NCBI GenBank assembly: GCA_002171735.1
Contig: NHDO01000041.1
Location: 20,630 to 62,622, forward strand
Source: Proteobacteria bacterium TMED61
GTDB lineage: Bacteria; Pseudomonadota; Gammaproteobacteria; Arenicellales; UBA868
Reading direction: 5' to 3'
DNA: 41,993 nucleotides
Under the pieces are notes generated by a model, which ran no database searches, was not told where the DNA came from, and worked only from the letters and a program-made list of their open reading frames with translations. A program made the translations under genes and the position numbers. The stretch's first letter is position 1, and each line of letters begins with the position of its first letter. Positions 1 through 11,113 of the stretch are shown piece by piece.

Positions 1-474
1 GGGTTTGGTGCGGACATCAAGAGTAAAACCGAGGATGATCGGGTCAGCGAGTTCCTCAATGATCTTGAACCCGAAGATTTGATTAAGTTTGGCTTGATCC
101 CTGAGTTTGTAGGCCGAATGCCGGTAATCGCGACGTTGGAACAGCTCGATGAAGAGGCGCTGGTAACCATTCTGACAGAGCCCAAGAATTCGCTTGTCAA
201 GCAGTATCAGAAACTTTTCGAATTGGAAGGAGTCGAACTCGAAATCAGGGAAGATGCTTTGAGAGCGATTGCTAAACGGGCGCTTGCGCGAAAGACCGGT
301 GCACGAGGTCTGAGATCTATCCTCGAAAAAGCGTTGATGGAGACCATGTTCGAGTTGCCCTCGATGGATAATGTCTCGAGAGTGACCGTTGATGCGAATG
401 TGATTGAGTCGGGAGCGCAACCACTCTTCATGTACGAAGAATCGCCGCGAAACGTCTCCGGCCAGTCCTCCTAA
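1..474 (+). CDS. clpX: ATP-dependent Clp protease ATP-binding subunit ClpX (5' truncated by window edge)
   Basis: Frame open from base 1: GFGADIK...[22 protein letters not shown]...[13 protein letters not shown], the ClpX C-terminal region; followed by lon. Confidence 0.97.
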   Translation, partial: GFGADIKSKTEDDRVSEFLNDLEPEDLIKFGLIPEFVGRMPVIATLEQLDEEALVTILTEPKNSLVKQYQKLFELEGVELEIREDALRAIAKRALARKTGARGLRSILEKALMETMFELPSMDNVSRVTVDANVIESGAQPLFMYEESPRNVSGQSS

Positions 475-486
475 TCTCCGCTTTTG

Positions 487-502
487 CGACTCTAAAGAGT
501 CG
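487..502 (+). terminator. Short hairpin after clpX, possible weak terminator
   Basis: CGACTCT-AA-AGAGTCG followed by TTTCGTCTTT. Confidence 0.35.
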
Positions 503-516
503 TTTCGTCTTTGCTC

Positions 517-545
517 CTTGAAATACCGGGGGCACGCCCTCACAC
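517..545 (+). promoter_or_regulatory. Candidate sigma-32 (RpoH) promoter for lon
   Basis: CTTGAAA (517-523), 13-14 nt spacer, then CCCTCACA resembling the CCCCATnT -10; lon is a classical RpoH target. Confidence 0.55.
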
Positions 546-626
546 TTACTCTATATCAGCCGCGTATATTTGCGGTACTCGAGGCCTTGGCCAGTGACAC
601 CCTGAATTGATTTGACGGACAGAATT

Positions 627-3053
627 ATGAGTGACGATCCCTCCACCGACGACATCACACCCAGAACCCGCTACCAGATGTTGCCTCTGCGGGACGTAGT
701 GGTTTTCCCGCATATGGTTTTGCCGCTCTTTGTGGGGCGCGAAAAATCCATCAATGCGCTGGAAGAAGCCGTTCAGTCGGGGAAACAGATCTTTCTCGCC
801 GCACAGCACGACGCGGCGGATGATGACCCTGCACCGGAAAATATTTTCGGCATAGGAACCGTTGCCAACATTTTGCAGTTACTGAAACTTCCCGACGGGA
901 CCGTCAAGGTGCTTGTGGAGGGAGTCTCCCGCGCGGGGATCGTTAATTTCGTGGAGACTGAGGACAGTTTCGTCGTTGATGCAGCACCTATTGCTGAGGG
1001 TGAATTTGATGAGCGCGAAGGAGAAGTCCTTATGCGCACCGTGACGTCAGAGTTTGAGCAATACGTCAAATTAAATTCGAAAATCCCCCCCGAGGTTCTG
1101 ACCTCCCTCAGCGGGATCGAGGATCCCGGCCGACTTGCGGACACGATCGCGGCACATCTGACACTGCGCAATGATGAGAAGCAGAAAATTCTGGAACTGG
1201 GTGATGCTCGGGAACGTCTGGAACATATTCTGGGGATCATGGAGTCCGAAATCGACCTGCTTCAGGTGGAAAAGCGCCTTCGCGGCCGAGTGAAAAAACA
1301 GATGGAGAAAAGCCAGCGCGAGTACTACCTGAATGAGCAGATGAAAGCCATTCAGAAAGAACTCGGCGACATGGATGACGCTCCTAACGAAATGGAGGAA
1401 CTCCAACAGAAGGTTAAAGAAGCGGGTATGCCCAAAGAGGCGCGCGAGAAGGCTGAGTCCGAATTAAAAAAACTAGGCATGATGTCGCCGATGTCTGCAG
1501 AAGCCACGGTGGTTCGAAACTATGTCGAATGGCTAGTGCAGGTGCCCTGGAAGAAAAGAAGCCGGGTTCTGAAAGATCTCGCCAAGGCTGAAGCGATTCT
1601 CGAAGCAGATCACTATGGCCTCGACAAGGTCAAGGAGCGCATCCTAGAGTACCTCGCAGTCCAGCAGCGCATTAACAAGGTCAAAGGGCCTATCTTGTGC
1701 CTGGTCGGCCCCCCGGGGGTTGGCAAGACGTCTCTGGGTGAGTCCATCGCGCGTGCGACCAATCGGAAGTTCGTACGGATGTCCCTTGGCGGCGTTCGCG
1801 ATGAAGCCGAAATCCGGGGGCATCGCCGGACCTACATTGGTTCGTTGCCGGGAAAGATCATTCAGAACATGTCCAAGACTGGAACACGCAATCCGTTATT
1901 CATGCTAGACGAAGTCGACAAAATGTCGATGGATTTTCGGGGGGACCCTTCCTCAGCGCTTTTGGAAGTTCTGGACCCCGAGCAGAATCACAAATTCGGC
2001 GATCACTATCTGGAAGTTGACTATGATCTCTCCGAGGTCATGTTTGTGGCCACGGCGAATACCCTGAACATCCCTAGTCCTTTGTTGGACCGAATGGAAG
2101 TTATCCGGATTTCAGGTTATACCGAGGATGAGAAGATAAATATCGCTACGAGGTATCTTGTCGAAAAGCAAAAGCGTAACAATGGGCTTGAGGATGGGGA
2201 AATCAGTATCAATCGCCAGGCGCTGACAGACATTGTTCGTTACTTCACCCGGGAGGCAGGTGTGCGTGGCCTTGACCGCGAGATAGCGAAAATCTGTCGG
2301 AAAGTGGCGAAAGAACTCTTACTTGATACATCCCGAACCCGTGTGCAGGTGTCCTCGCGTAATCTCAACAAATATCTTGGGGTACGCCGTCATCGCTATG
2401 GCCGGGTCGAAGAAGGAAACCGGGTTGGCCAAGTGACGGGATTGGCATGGACGGAAGTCGGTGGTGAACTCCTGACTATCGAGGCAGCAGTCATGCCTGG
2501 TAAAGGCAAGCACAGCTTCACCGGTAAGCTTGGTGATGTTATGCAGGAGTCGATTCAGGCAGCGATGTCGGTGGTGCGGACGCGATCAGCACAGTACGGC
2601 ATTGACGCTGATTTCTTTCAGAATAAGGATATCCATATTCATGTGCCTGAGGGTGCAACGCCTAAAGATGGGCCAAGTGCCGGCATTGGTATGTGTACGG
2701 CGGTCATTTCGGCGATTACTGGAATAGCGGCCCGGGCGGATGTAGCCATGACGGGTGAAATCACGCTTCGCGGCGAAGTGCTGCCTATTGGCGGCCTAAA
2801 AGAAAAACTGCTGGCAGCTCATCGGGGCGGAATCTCGACAGTGCTGATCCCGAAGGAAAACGAAAAGGATCTTGTGGAGATTCCGGCTAATATCAAAAGC
2901 GGCCTAGAGATCATTTCGGTGCGCTGGATCGATGAAGTGATGACCGTGGCGCTGGAGCATCTTCCCGAGCCGACGGCCGCAGAAAAAGAAGAGGTTAGTG
3001 TGGCGCCTGAAGCGGAAAAAGAGACACCTAAGAGTCCAGCCCGGGCGCACTAA
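627..3053 (+). CDS. lon: Lon protease (endopeptidase La)
   Basis: [11 protein letters not shown]-domain, Walker A GPPGVGKT, catalytic PKDGPSAG; ATG at 627 preferred over TTG at 612. Confidence 0.98.
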   Translation: MSDDPSTDDITPRTRYQMLPLRDVVVFPHMVLPLFVGREKSINALEEAVQSGKQIFLAAQHDAADDDPAPENIFGIGTVANILQLLKLPDGTVKVLVEGVSRAGIVNFVETEDSFVVDAAPIAEGEFDEREGEVLMRTVTSEFEQYVKLNSKIPPEVLTSLSGIEDPGRLADTIAAHLTLRNDEKQKILELGDARERLEHILGIMESEIDLLQVEKRLRGRVKKQMEKSQREYYLNEQMKAIQKELGDMDDAPNEMEELQQKVKEAGMPKEAREKAESELKKLGMMSPMSAEATVVRNYVEWLVQVPWKKRSRVLKDLAKAEAILEADHYGLDKVKERILEYLAVQQRINKVKGPILCLVGPPGVGKTSLGESIARATNRKFVRMSLGGVRDEAEIRGHRRTYIGSLPGKIIQNMSKTGTRNPLFMLDEVDKMSMDFRGDPSSALLEVLDPEQNHKFGDHYLEVDYDLSEVMFVATANTLNIPSPLLDRMEVIRISGYTEDEKINIATRYLVEKQKRNNGLEDGEISINRQALTDIVRYFTREAGVRGLDREIAKICRKVAKELLLDTSRTRVQVSSRNLNKYLGVRRHRYGRVEEGNRVGQVTGLAWTEVGGELLTIEAAVMPGKGKHSFTGKLGDVMQESIQAAMSVVRTRSAQYGIDADFFQNKDIHIHVPEGATPKDGPSAGIGMCTAVISAITGIAARADVAMTGEITLRGEVLPIGGLKEKLLAAHRGGISTVLIPKENEKDLVEIPANIKSGLEIISVRWIDEVMTVALEHLPEPTAAEKEEVSVAPEAEKETPKSPARAH

Positions 3054-3229
3054 AGACCGAAGCGTCGCACCACCCGATTACCATATCCCGAACGCGAGGC
3101 CTTGTTAGGGTGGATTTTGATCAGGGCGCCTGTAACGAATCTCCTTGAATTTAAGGCAATGGCCGAGGTTATTCGTGTGAAATCTGAACTTTTAGGAATC
3201 ACATAGGCCTGCTCTGCAACTGGCAATAA

Positions 3230-3257
3230 TTGACTCTTTTCAGGCAGTTGGTATAAC
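3230..3257 (+). promoter_or_regulatory. Candidate sigma-70 promoter for hupB/tRNAs
   Basis: TTGACT-N16-TATAAC with extended -10 TGn. Confidence 0.6.
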
Positions 3258-3371
3258 CGTTGTACGTACGGGCTTTGTACTCGGTTTTGGGGCGCGGATA
3301 GGATGTAGTTCGGCCCATCTCCTGTGCAGGGCGGTTGGAACAAAGCAACACGGCAACGGGAGGAACAGGGG

Positions 3372-3644
3372 ATGAATAAAGCTGACCTCATTGATGCGGT
3401 CGCAACCAAGACGGGCCTTGGAAAGAGTCAGGCGAGTTCTGCGGTCGAATCTTTTTTGGATGTTATTAGTGAAGCGCTGACGCGGGGTGAGAGCGTATCC
3501 CTGGTGGGCTTTGGTATTTTCTCTGTCAGTGAGCGCGCTGGCCGGGTAGGTCGTAACCCGCGTACTGGTGAGAGCATTACTATCGCACCTTCAAGGGCTC
3601 CGAAGTTCAAGGCTGGCAAAGGCCTTAAGGATGCCGTAAACTAG
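3372..3644 (+). CDS. hupB: DNA-binding protein HU
   Basis: MNKADLIDAVA...LVGFGIF...GRNPRTGE...PKFKAGKGLKDAVN; purine-rich RBS before ATG 3372; lon-hupB synteny. Confidence 0.96.
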   Translation: MNKADLIDAVATKTGLGKSQASSAVESFLDVISEALTRGESVSLVGFGIFSVSERAGRVGRNPRTGESITIAPSRAPKFKAGKGLKDAVN

Positions 3645-3655
3645 CGCGCCCCTCG

Positions 3656-3731
3656 GGGTGCTTAGCTCAGTTGGGAGAGCGTCGCCCTTACAAGGCGAAG
3701 GTCGTAGGTTCGAACCCTACAGCACCCACCA
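3656..3731 (+). tRNA. tRNA-Val (anticodon TAC)
   Basis: GGGTGCT acceptor stem, anticodon arm CGCC-CTTACAA-GGCG, GTTCGAA T-loop, encoded CCA; 76 nt. Confidence 0.96.
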
Positions 3732-3773
3732 AGGCCAGGAGGCCTGTTCGCATTGGCGGACGTGGGACATTTT

Positions 3774-3850
3774 GGAGCGGTAGTTCAGTTGGTTAGAATA
3801 CCGGCCTGTCACGCCGGTGGTCGCGGGTTCGAGTCCCGTCCGCTCCGCCA
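3774..3850 (+). tRNA. tRNA-Asp (anticodon GTC)
   Basis: GGAGCGG acceptor stem, CCGGC-CTGTCAC-GCCGG anticodon arm, GTTCGAG T-loop, CCA end; 77 nt. Confidence 0.96.
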
Positions 3851-3926
3851 CTTCTTATCATCGGTGCCGGGAGCTGCCCGGCTCATGTACTGACCGATGT
3901 CGGAAAATATATTTTACTGAACGATT

Positions 3927-5840
3927 ATGTTAACCGCGATTAAGGAACGGGCCTCAGGCTGGATTGCCTACACTTTGGTGGGGTTCATTTCCATTCCCTT
4001 TGTGCTTTGGGGGATTAATTCTTACTTTGAAGGCGCGTCCAAGATTACCGTGGCAACTGTCAACGGTGTCGAGGTTGATGAGACAATTTACCAGCAGGCG
4101 CTCTCTGAGCAGCGTCGCTCCCTTGTGCAAATGATGGGGCGAAACGTCGATGCCGAGATTTTCGCCAGCGAGCCATTCAAACTCCAGGTCCTCGAGTCTT
4201 TGATTGACACTCAGCTGCAGGCGGAGTACCTCGCAGACAGAGGCTACCGGATTACCAATGAACAGCTGTCGAGCCGGATCGCGGCATTTGCGGCATTTCA
4301 ATCTGAAGGTCGTTTCGATTCGGCGCGTTATGAGATGCTGTTGCAAAATGCAGGCCTCACGGTTGAGGGTTTCGAACGCCAGCAGCGCCAGCAGGGTGCG
4401 GTGGATCAGCTGCGTGTGGGCCTGAGAGAAACATCCCTCGTTATTCCTGCGATGACGGACCGTGCCGTCGAGTTGCTGATGCAGCAGCGTCGCGCGCAGT
4501 ACACCATCCTGGATCTTCAGCCGTATCGGGATGCGGTGCAGGTCGACGAAGACGCAGTGCGGGACGAATACGAAAATCATCGTGATCGCTATGTCCAACT
4601 CCCGCAAATGCAGGTCGACTTTCTGGCGCTTTCGGTCGATGCGTTGGCGACACAGGCGGTAGTAACGGCTGAGGCTGAACAAGCTTTTTACAATGATAAT
4701 ACTGATCGATTTACCCGACCGGGAAGTCGTTCTGCAAGCCACATCCTGATCAGTCTGCCGGCCGATGCGTCAGAAGCAGCGGTGGAGAAAGCACGCCATC
4801 GGGCAGAAAGCCTGGCTACTCGGGGTCGGGGTGGCGCGGATTTCGCTGCATTGGCAAGTGAACATTCCGACGATCCTGGATCCGCCAGACGTGGGGGAGA
4901 CCTTGGCATTATTCAGCCAGGCACTATGACACCGGAATTCGAAACCGTTGTGTTTGTGCTGAATAAAGACGAGATCAGCGATCCGGTGCGTACTGAATAT
5001 GGTTGGCATGTGATCAAGGTGACTGATCTTCGGGAAAGCGTGATTAGCCCGTTTGCCGAGGTGCGCAGCGAAATAACAACGCTGTTGTCGCGCGAGTGGG
5101 CCGAGGGACAGTTCATGGCGATGGCTGAAGATTTTCAGAATATGGTTTTTGAGCAGCCCGGGTCGCTTGAGGCCACGGCTGACTTGCTCGGCCTCCCGAT
5201 CGAACGAACCGACTGGTTCTCCCGTAGGGCAGGCGATGGCATTGCCGCATATGCGGCTGTCCGCGAGGCAGCGTTCAGTGATGAGGTTCGCGTAGACCAG
5301 ATGAACAGTGAGATGATTGATCTGGACGGTGATCTGCTTGTGGCGGTGCATTTTGCGGATTACCGGGATCAGCGCCAACAGGATTTTGAAGAGGTCAGCG
5401 CTGCGATCGCTGATGTCCTTGCTGCTCAGGCAGCTTTGACTGCCCAGGAGGCCGCTGCTAAGCAGATGATCGACAGGCTGCGTTCCGGCTCGCCCTGGAT
5501 CGCGCTTACGGAGAATGCGGGTTTGCCCGTCTACCAGTTACCCCAAGATGCTGAGGATATCTCTGATCCGGATGACCAGAACGTCGGCCGTGCCGTTTAT
5601 GCTGCACCGGCACCCGTCTTGGGGCAGGTGGGTTATGGAGGTACGCGTCTCGATGCGTCTCGATATTCGGTGTTTCGTGTAGAGGAGGTTGTTCCAGGAG
5701 AGCCTTCCGGGATTACGGCTGAGGAGCGCGCGCAGATCAAAGCGTTGATCAGCGCGCGGGTAGGAGAAGAGTTGTACACGGGCGCAAGCCGTGCTCTGCG
5801 TTCTGCTGCCAACGTCGAGATATTTGACGAAAATCTCTAG
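3927..5840 (+). CDS. ppiD: Periplasmic chaperone/peptidyl-prolyl isomerase PpiD (SurA N-domain + parvulin)
   Basis: N-terminal TM anchor, ASHILI...FAALASEHSDDPGSARRGGDLG parvulin motif; hupB-ppiD synteny. Confidence 0.92.
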   Translation: MLTAIKERASGWIAYTLVGFISIPFVLWGINSYFEGASKITVATVNGVEVDETIYQQALSEQRRSLVQMMGRNVDAEIFASEPFKLQVLESLIDTQLQAEYLADRGYRITNEQLSSRIAAFAAFQSEGRFDSARYEMLLQNAGLTVEGFERQQRQQGAVDQLRVGLRETSLVIPAMTDRAVELLMQQRRAQYTILDLQPYRDAVQVDEDAVRDEYENHRDRYVQLPQMQVDFLALSVDALATQAVVTAEAEQAFYNDNTDRFTRPGSRSASHILISLPADASEAAVEKARHRAESLATRGRGGADFAALASEHSDDPGSARRGGDLGIIQPGTMTPEFETVVFVLNKDEISDPVRTEYGWHVIKVTDLRESVISPFAEVRSEITTLLSREWAEGQFMAMAEDFQNMVFEQPGSLEATADLLGLPIERTDWFSRRAGDGIAAYAAVREAAFSDEVRVDQMNSEMIDLDGDLLVAVHFADYRDQRQQDFEEVSAAIADVLAAQAALTAQEAAAKQMIDRLRSGSPWIALTENAGLPVYQLPQDAEDISDPDDQNVGRAVYAAPAPVLGQVGYGGTRLDASRYSVFRVEEVVPGEPSGITAEERAQIKALISARVGEELYTGASRALRSAANVEIFDENL

Positions 5841-5867
5841 TACTTAAGTCTGTCTGATCGCCTGAGA

Positions 5868-6662
5868 TTAGGATCCTTCGGCAATCTTTGGACTGATTCC
5901 CACGGTGTTGAAACCGCCGTCGACGTAGGTGATCTCCCCGGTGATTCCGGATGCGAGATCCGAACACACGAATGCAGCGGTATTCCCCACTTCTTCAATG
6001 GTGACTCCGCGGCCCAAGGGCGCTGTCTCCTCGTAAAAATTCAGCATCTGCTTCAGACCCTTGATCCCCGCGGCTGCCAGCGTTTTGATTGGGCCGGCTG
6101 AGATGCCATTGACTCGGATTCCCTGGGGTCCGAGAGATTGCGCCAAATACCGCACATTGGCCTCCAGACTTGCTTTGGCGAGACCCATTACGTTGTAGCC
6201 CGGCATGGATCGTTGTGATCCGATATAGCTCAGCGTCAGCATTGCTCCCCCGGGAGTCATCATCGGGCGCAATGCGCGGGCCAGTGCTGTGAAACTGTAG
6301 GAACTGATCTCGTGGGCGGTTGAGAATCCGGCTCGGGTCACCGAATCCAGGAACATCCCCTCCAACTCCTCTCGGGGAGCAAATGCGATGGAATGCACCA
6401 GAATATCAAGCCGGTCCCAGTGGGCGCCCAGTGTCTCCTGCAGGGCGTCGATATCACTGTCCTGCGAGACATCACAGCGAATGGTTTTTCCAAAGCCAAG
6501 TTCAGTTGCGAACTTCTCCGCTCGGCTACCCAACTTTTCGTTTTCGTATGTCAGTACCAGTTCCGCGCCTTCGCGGGCCATGGCCTGTGCGATACCCCAT
6601 GCGATAGACCGGTTGGATGCTACCCCGGTGACCAGTGCCCGCTTGCCTTCAAGAAATCCCAT
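5868..6662 (-). CDS. fabI: Enoyl-ACP reductase FabI
   Basis: [47 protein letters not shown]. Confidence 0.97.
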   Translation of the reverse strand: MGFLEGKRALVTGVASNRSIAWGIAQAMAREGAELVLTYENEKLGSRAEKFATELGFGKTIRCDVSQDSDIDALQETLGAHWDRLDILVHSIAFAPREELEGMFLDSVTRAGFSTAHEISSYSFTALARALRPMMTPGGAMLTLSYIGSQRSMPGYNVMGLAKASLEANVRYLAQSLGPQGIRVNGISAGPIKTLAAAGIKGLKQMLNFYEETAPLGRGVTIEEVGNTAAFVCSDLASGITGEITYVDGGFNTVGISPKIAEGS

Positions 6663-6757
6663 TCCGTCAAATGTCCCTGGTTAAAATTGGCGTCACTATG
6701 GTTTTTATCCCAACGCCAGTAAAGAGTCAAAAGTCCCAAGCTTCAGGGGGCGAGAAA

Positions 6758-7477
6758 GTGTCCATCGTGGCCCTGAATCGGGAATCGATCCCGCGGGCAA
6801 CGGCGCTCTCATTACACCTTGGGCTGGAGGGGCTCTGCGATTCAAAGGCGGCCTCCGGACTGGTGCTCGAAGTTTCCCAAAGCCGGCTCGGGCTGCGGGA
6901 CTATTCGCAGCGTCGAAGCCGGGCACTGACGGTTGACTCGGCAGGCCGGCGATATCCTTCTGCAGGAAAAGATCTGCTCTCCCGGGCCCTTGGAAAGCAT
7001 TGTCATTCGGTAATTGATGCCACAGCAGGATTTGGCTCTGATACGTTTGATTTCGTGCGCCGCGGCAAGCAGGTATGCGCCATAGAGCGGGTCGTGATGG
7101 TGGCGATGATGCTTGAAGAAGCCGCAGCGGAATTTCAACTTCGACAAAGAGATGGTGAGATTCGTGTGGTTTGTGGTGATGCGATCGATGAGATTCGCGT
7201 TCAGGGGAGTGCGGACGTGATCTTCTTGGATCCGATGTTTCCGGATCGAGGTCGCCAGAGTGCTCAACCCCGCAAGGCCCAGCAGATGCTTCGGCGACTT
7301 GCAGGAGAAGATCCCGATGCCAGTATATTGTTCCAGGTTGCGCGCCAGCATGCCCGCAAACGCGTGGTTGTCAAACGACCCCGTAATGCGCCACCTCTGG
7401 GAGATGACCCGGACATCATGCACAAGGGTAAGTCGGTGCGTTACGACATCTATCTAACGGGCGGGACGTCACGATGA
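6758..7477 (+). CDS. rsmJ: Class I SAM-dependent methyltransferase, RsmJ (16S m2G1516) family; start uncertain (6698 or 6758)
   Basis: VIDATAGFGSD, VIFLDPMFP, KRVVVKRP, GKSVRYDIY motifs typical of RsmJ; GTG 6758 preceded by AGGGGG. Confidence 0.8.
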   Translation: MSIVALNRESIPRATALSLHLGLEGLCDSKAASGLVLEVSQSRLGLRDYSQRRSRALTVDSAGRRYPSAGKDLLSRALGKHCHSVIDATAGFGSDTFDFVRRGKQVCAIERVVMVAMMLEEAAAEFQLRQRDGEIRVVCGDAIDEIRVQGSADVIFLDPMFPDRGRQSAQPRKAQQMLRRLAGEDPDASILFQVARQHARKRVVVKRPRNAPPLGDDPDIMHKGKSVRYDIYLTGGTSR

Positions 7478-8217
7478 CACACTGGCTCTATTTACCGAAT
7501 CTCGAAACTACGGGGAACGAGGCAATCCTGGAAGGGGTCGAGGCCACGCATGCGGTACGTGCCCGCCGTCTGCGCATCGATGATCCTGTATGCGTATTTG
7601 ATGGTATCGGCCGGAGTGCAGCAGCCCGGATCAGTGAAGTGACTCAGCGGCCGTTACAGGTGCATCTGGTTATTGATCGCTATGAGCAACGGCCCCCGCC
7701 CCCGACCCGGATTCACCTTGTCAGCGCATTACCTAAAGGGGATCGTCAAGCTACGATGCTGGATATGGCAACCCAACTGGGGATGACGGACTATACGCCT
7801 CTTAGGTGTGACAGAAGCGTCAGCCAGGCCCGTGTTCAGACCTATGACCGATGGCGGCGGGTGTTAATCGAGTCCTGCAAACAAAGTCATCGTCCCTGGC
7901 TACCGGTTTTACATCCGCCTGTTGATTTGAAAGACTGGATTGCCCAATGTGCCGGCACGAATGCCGTTAATGTCATTGCAGACAAGGAAGGTGGTACAGG
8001 CGATCAGGCGATTGAGGATTGTCTGTTGAATGCGAAGTCTGTTTGCCTCGTGGTGGGTCCAGAAGGGGGTTTTTCCGATACTGAGCGTGAGCACCTGGAT
8101 GAAGCCAAATCCGAAATGCTCTCTCTTGGGGATGGGGTATTGCGTGTTGAAACGGCAGCGGTTGCGCTAATTGCCTTCGTCGGCCGTTTGTTGTCGTCTG
8201 ACGGATCCCCACCCTGA
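7474..8217 (+). CDS. rsmE: 16S rRNA m3U1498 methyltransferase RsmE (SPOUT)
   Basis: H-x4-R-LR N-terminus, ESCKQS, VGPEGGFS, LGDGVLRVETAA; ATGA overlap with upstream gene. Confidence 0.93.
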   Translation: MTHWLYLPNLETTGNEAILEGVEATHAVRARRLRIDDPVCVFDGIGRSAAARISEVTQRPLQVHLVIDRYEQRPPPPTRIHLVSALPKGDRQATMLDMATQLGMTDYTPLRCDRSVSQARVQTYDRWRRVLIESCKQSHRPWLPVLHPPVDLKDWIAQCAGTNAVNVIADKEGGTGDQAIEDCLLNAKSVCLVVGPEGGFSDTEREHLDEAKSEMLSLGDGVLRVETAAVALIAFVGRLLSSDGSPP

Positions 8218-8229
8218 AGAATTAGTCGA

Positions 8230-11016
8230 TCAGTTGAGAGCGGCGATGCGCTGCTGACGGGATCTCAGTTCTTCCAGGTCGCGGGTGACCTGTTCGGCCC
8301 GTTCCCGCTCCTTCTCGACCACGTCGGCTGGTGCTCGGTCAACAAACTTCGAGTTGGAGAGTTTTCCTTCGCAGCGCTTGAGATCTGCAGTCAGTTTTTC
8401 AACCTCCCGGGAAAGTCGTTGGATTTCGGCATCCCGGTCAATGATAGACCCCAAAGGCACCAGCACTTTCATGTCACCGACAAGCGCGGTGGCGTGCTCT
8501 TCAGTTTCTTCCGTATCTTTTGATACGTGTTCCACACGGTCCAGCCTTGCAAGGGCGATAAGGAGGCCGCTGAAAGATTCACAGCGTTGACTATCCTGGG
8601 CATCACCCCCCTGCAATGTCACTGGGAAGGACACCTTGGGGCCGATATTCATCTCGCCGCGAATATTGCGAATACCGCCGACTACTGCTCGAACCCAGTC
8701 GAGATCTTCGACAGCTGCATCATCAATCAGCCCCTCATCCATTTTCGGATAGGGTTGGCGCATGATGGATTGCCCCTGACATACTGTCCGCGATTGCAAC
8801 TGCTGCCACAACGCTTCGGTGATAAAGGGCATGATGGGATGGATCAGCCGCAGGGCGTTGTCCAGTATGGTAACGAGCGTTTGGCGCACCCCGTCTTTGC
8901 GCGTATCGGAAAGTTCGGGGTCTGATAGCTGTATTTTTGCGATCTCCAGGTACCAGCTACAGTACTCATCCCAGGTGAAGGCATGCAAAGTTTGCACAAC
9001 CTGGTCAAACCGGTAGGCCTCCATCGATTTGTGGACTTCCCCTGATACCTGTTGCAGGCGGGAGGTGATCCAGCGTTCAGCAGGACCGGCTTCAAAGTCG
9101 GCAAGGGGGCGGCCGGCCAGGGCCTCGGTGTTCATCATGACGAATCTCGCCGCATTCCACAGCTTGTTGCAGAAGTTGCGGAAACCCTCGATGCGTCCCA
9201 GGTCAAAACGGATATCGCGCCCTTGTGTCGCCAGGCTCGCGAAGGTAAAGCGCAGGGCATCGGTGCCAAAGGATGGGATACCGTCAGGAAACTGACGACG
9301 CGTGGCTTTGGAGATCTGTTCAGCCATCTGCGGCTGCATTAGCCCTGCGGTACGTTTTTCCACCAGTGCCGCCAATTCAATCCCGTCAATGAGATCCAGA
9401 GGATCCAGCACGTTACCTTTGGACTTGGACATTTTCTGTCCCTCGGCATCGCGGACGAGTCCATGAACATAGACCTCATGAAAAGGAACCTTGCCCGTGA
9501 ACTTAAGTCCAAACATGATCATCCGGGCAACCCAGAAAAAGATGATGTCAAAACCGGTGACGAGGACACTGGTGGGATAAAAGGTATTCAGGTCGTCGGT
9601 AGATTCAGGCCAACCCAAGGTCGAAAAGGGCCATAAGGCTGATGAGAACCAGGTGTCCAGCACGTCGTGATCCTGTTCCAAGGAGACGGCGTTGCCATGA
9701 TGCTTGAAGGCCTTGTCGTGTGCTTCGGCTGCATCGCGGGCAACGAAGATGTTCCCTTCATCGTCATACCAGGCAGGAATCCGATGACCCCACCAGATCT
9801 GTCGTGATATGCACCAGTCCTGGATATTTTTCATCCATTCAAAGTAGGTGCGGCTCCAGTTTTCTGGAACAAACTGGATGCTGCCGTCCTCGACCGCCTT
9901 GATTGCAGGCTCTGCCAGAGGCTGCGCCCTTACAAACCACTGGTCGGTCAGGTATGGCTCGACCACGGCCTGCGAGCGATCCCCTCGAGGTACCATCAAC
10001 GTATGCTCGTCAATCTGTTCAACGAGCTTGAGGGCTTCAAGGTCAGTGACGATTCGTTTTCGGGCGACATAGCGATCGAGGCCGTGATAGGGTGAATCCG
10101 GCAGGTCAATGGCAGCACTGGGATCAAGGATATTGATTGGCTGCATCTTATGGCGCATTCCGACTTCATGGTCATTGAAGTCGTGGGCAGGCGTGATTTT
10201 TAAACAGCCGGTGCCAAATTCTGGATCAACGTAATCATCGGCGATGATCGGGATCAATCTATCTGCCAGAGGCAGTTGTATTTTCTTACCGATCAAATGA
10301 CGGTATCGGTCATCTTCGGGGTGCACGGCCACTGCCGTATCCCCGAGCATGGTTTCCGGCCGGGTCGTGGCGACCACGACGTGGCCGCTGCCATCTTCCA
10401 AGGGGTAGCGAAGATGCCATAGTGAGCCTGCTTCCTCTTCGGATAGGACTTCTAGATCGGAAAGAGCGGTATGCAGAACCGGATCCCAGTTGACCAGTCG
10501 CTTGCCCCGGTAGATCAGTCCCTCCTCATGCAGTCGGACAAAGACTTCCCGCACCGCGCAGGACAGATCGTCATCCATCGTGAAGCGTTCGCGGCTCCAG
10601 TCCAAAGAGGCACCCATACGGCGCAGTTGTTGCGTTATCGTGCCGCCGGATTCCTGCTTCCATTGCCATACCCGCTCAATGAAGGCCTCGCGGCCAAGGT
10701 CATGCCGGGTTTTCCCAATTCGGTCGAGTTGTCGTTCGACCACCATCTGGGTTGCAATCCCGGCATGATCGGTTCCGGCCTGCCACAGGGTTTTGCGGCC
10801 GGTCATCCGGTGATATCGGATCAGGGCATCCATAATGGTGTCCTGAAAGGCATGCCCCATGTGAAGGCTACCGGTGACATTCGGCGGGGGAATTGAAATG
10901 CAAAAAGCGGGTCCGTTACCTGTAGGCTCGAATGCGCCCTGCGCTTCCCATTGCTCGTACAAAGTACGCTCTATGGTGTGCGGATCATAGGTCTTGCTGA
11001 GGGCTTCCGTACTCAT
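8230..11016 (-). CDS. valS: Valine--tRNA ligase
   Basis: [39 protein letters not shown]-terminal coiled coil. Confidence 0.99.
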   Translation of the reverse strand: MSTEALSKTYDPHTIERTLYEQWEAQGAFEPTGNGPAFCISIPPPNVTGSLHMGHAFQDTIMDALIRYHRMTGRKTLWQAGTDHAGIATQMVVERQLDRIGKTRHDLGREAFIERVWQWKQESGGTITQQLRRMGASLDWSRERFTMDDDLSCAVREVFVRLHEEGLIYRGKRLVNWDPVLHTALSDLEVLSEEEAGSLWHLRYPLEDGSGHVVVATTRPETMLGDTAVAVHPEDDRYRHLIGKKIQLPLADRLIPIIADDYVDPEFGTGCLKITPAHDFNDHEVGMRHKMQPINILDPSAAIDLPDSPYHGLDRYVARKRIVTDLEALKLVEQIDEHTLMVPRGDRSQAVVEPYLTDQWFVRAQPLAEPAIKAVEDGSIQFVPENWSRTYFEWMKNIQDWCISRQIWWGHRIPAWYDDEGNIFVARDAAEAHDKAFKHHGNAVSLEQDHDVLDTWFSSALWPFSTLGWPESTDDLNTFYPTSVLVTGFDIIFFWVARMIMFGLKFTGKVPFHEVYVHGLVRDAEGQKMSKSKGNVLDPLDLIDGIELAALVEKRTAGLMQPQMAEQISKATRRQFPDGIPSFGTDALRFTFASLATQGRDIRFDLGRIEGFRNFCNKLWNAARFVMMNTEALAGRPLADFEAGPAERWITSRLQQVSGEVHKSMEAYRFDQVVQTLHAFTWDEYCSWYLEIAKIQLSDPELSDTRKDGVRQTLVTILDNALRLIHPIMPFITEALWQQLQSRTVCQGQSIMRQPYPKMDEGLIDDAAVEDLDWVRAVVGGIRNIRGEMNIGPKVSFPVTLQGGDAQDSQRCESFSGLLIALARLDRVEHVSKDTEETEEHATALVGDMKVLVPLGSIIDRDAEIQRLSREVEKLTADLKRCEGKLSNSKFVDRAPADVVEKERERAEQVTRDLEELRSRQQRIAALN

Positions 11017-11113
11017 CGTGATATCTGTTAATGCCGAAAAAAGGTCGGATTCAAGGCGCAGGAGTATAGGCTAACGAGCGCTTGAATAATGAGAGACGTA
11101 TAAAGGCGTGTGA

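Noticed and set aside
3656-3850. tRNA pair as a possible integration site
   Set aside because: No integrase and no duplicated tRNA 3' end seen; hupB-tRNA-ppiD is an ordinary arrangement
3954-5378. Long antisense ORFs (262 aa and 202 aa) within ppiD
   Set aside because: Shadow ORFs of a GC-rich coding strand with no recognisable motifs
6635-6757. N-terminal extension of the rsmJ-like ORF overlapping the fabI start
   Set aside because: Would overlap a divergent gene and leave no promoter space; a later start is more plausible
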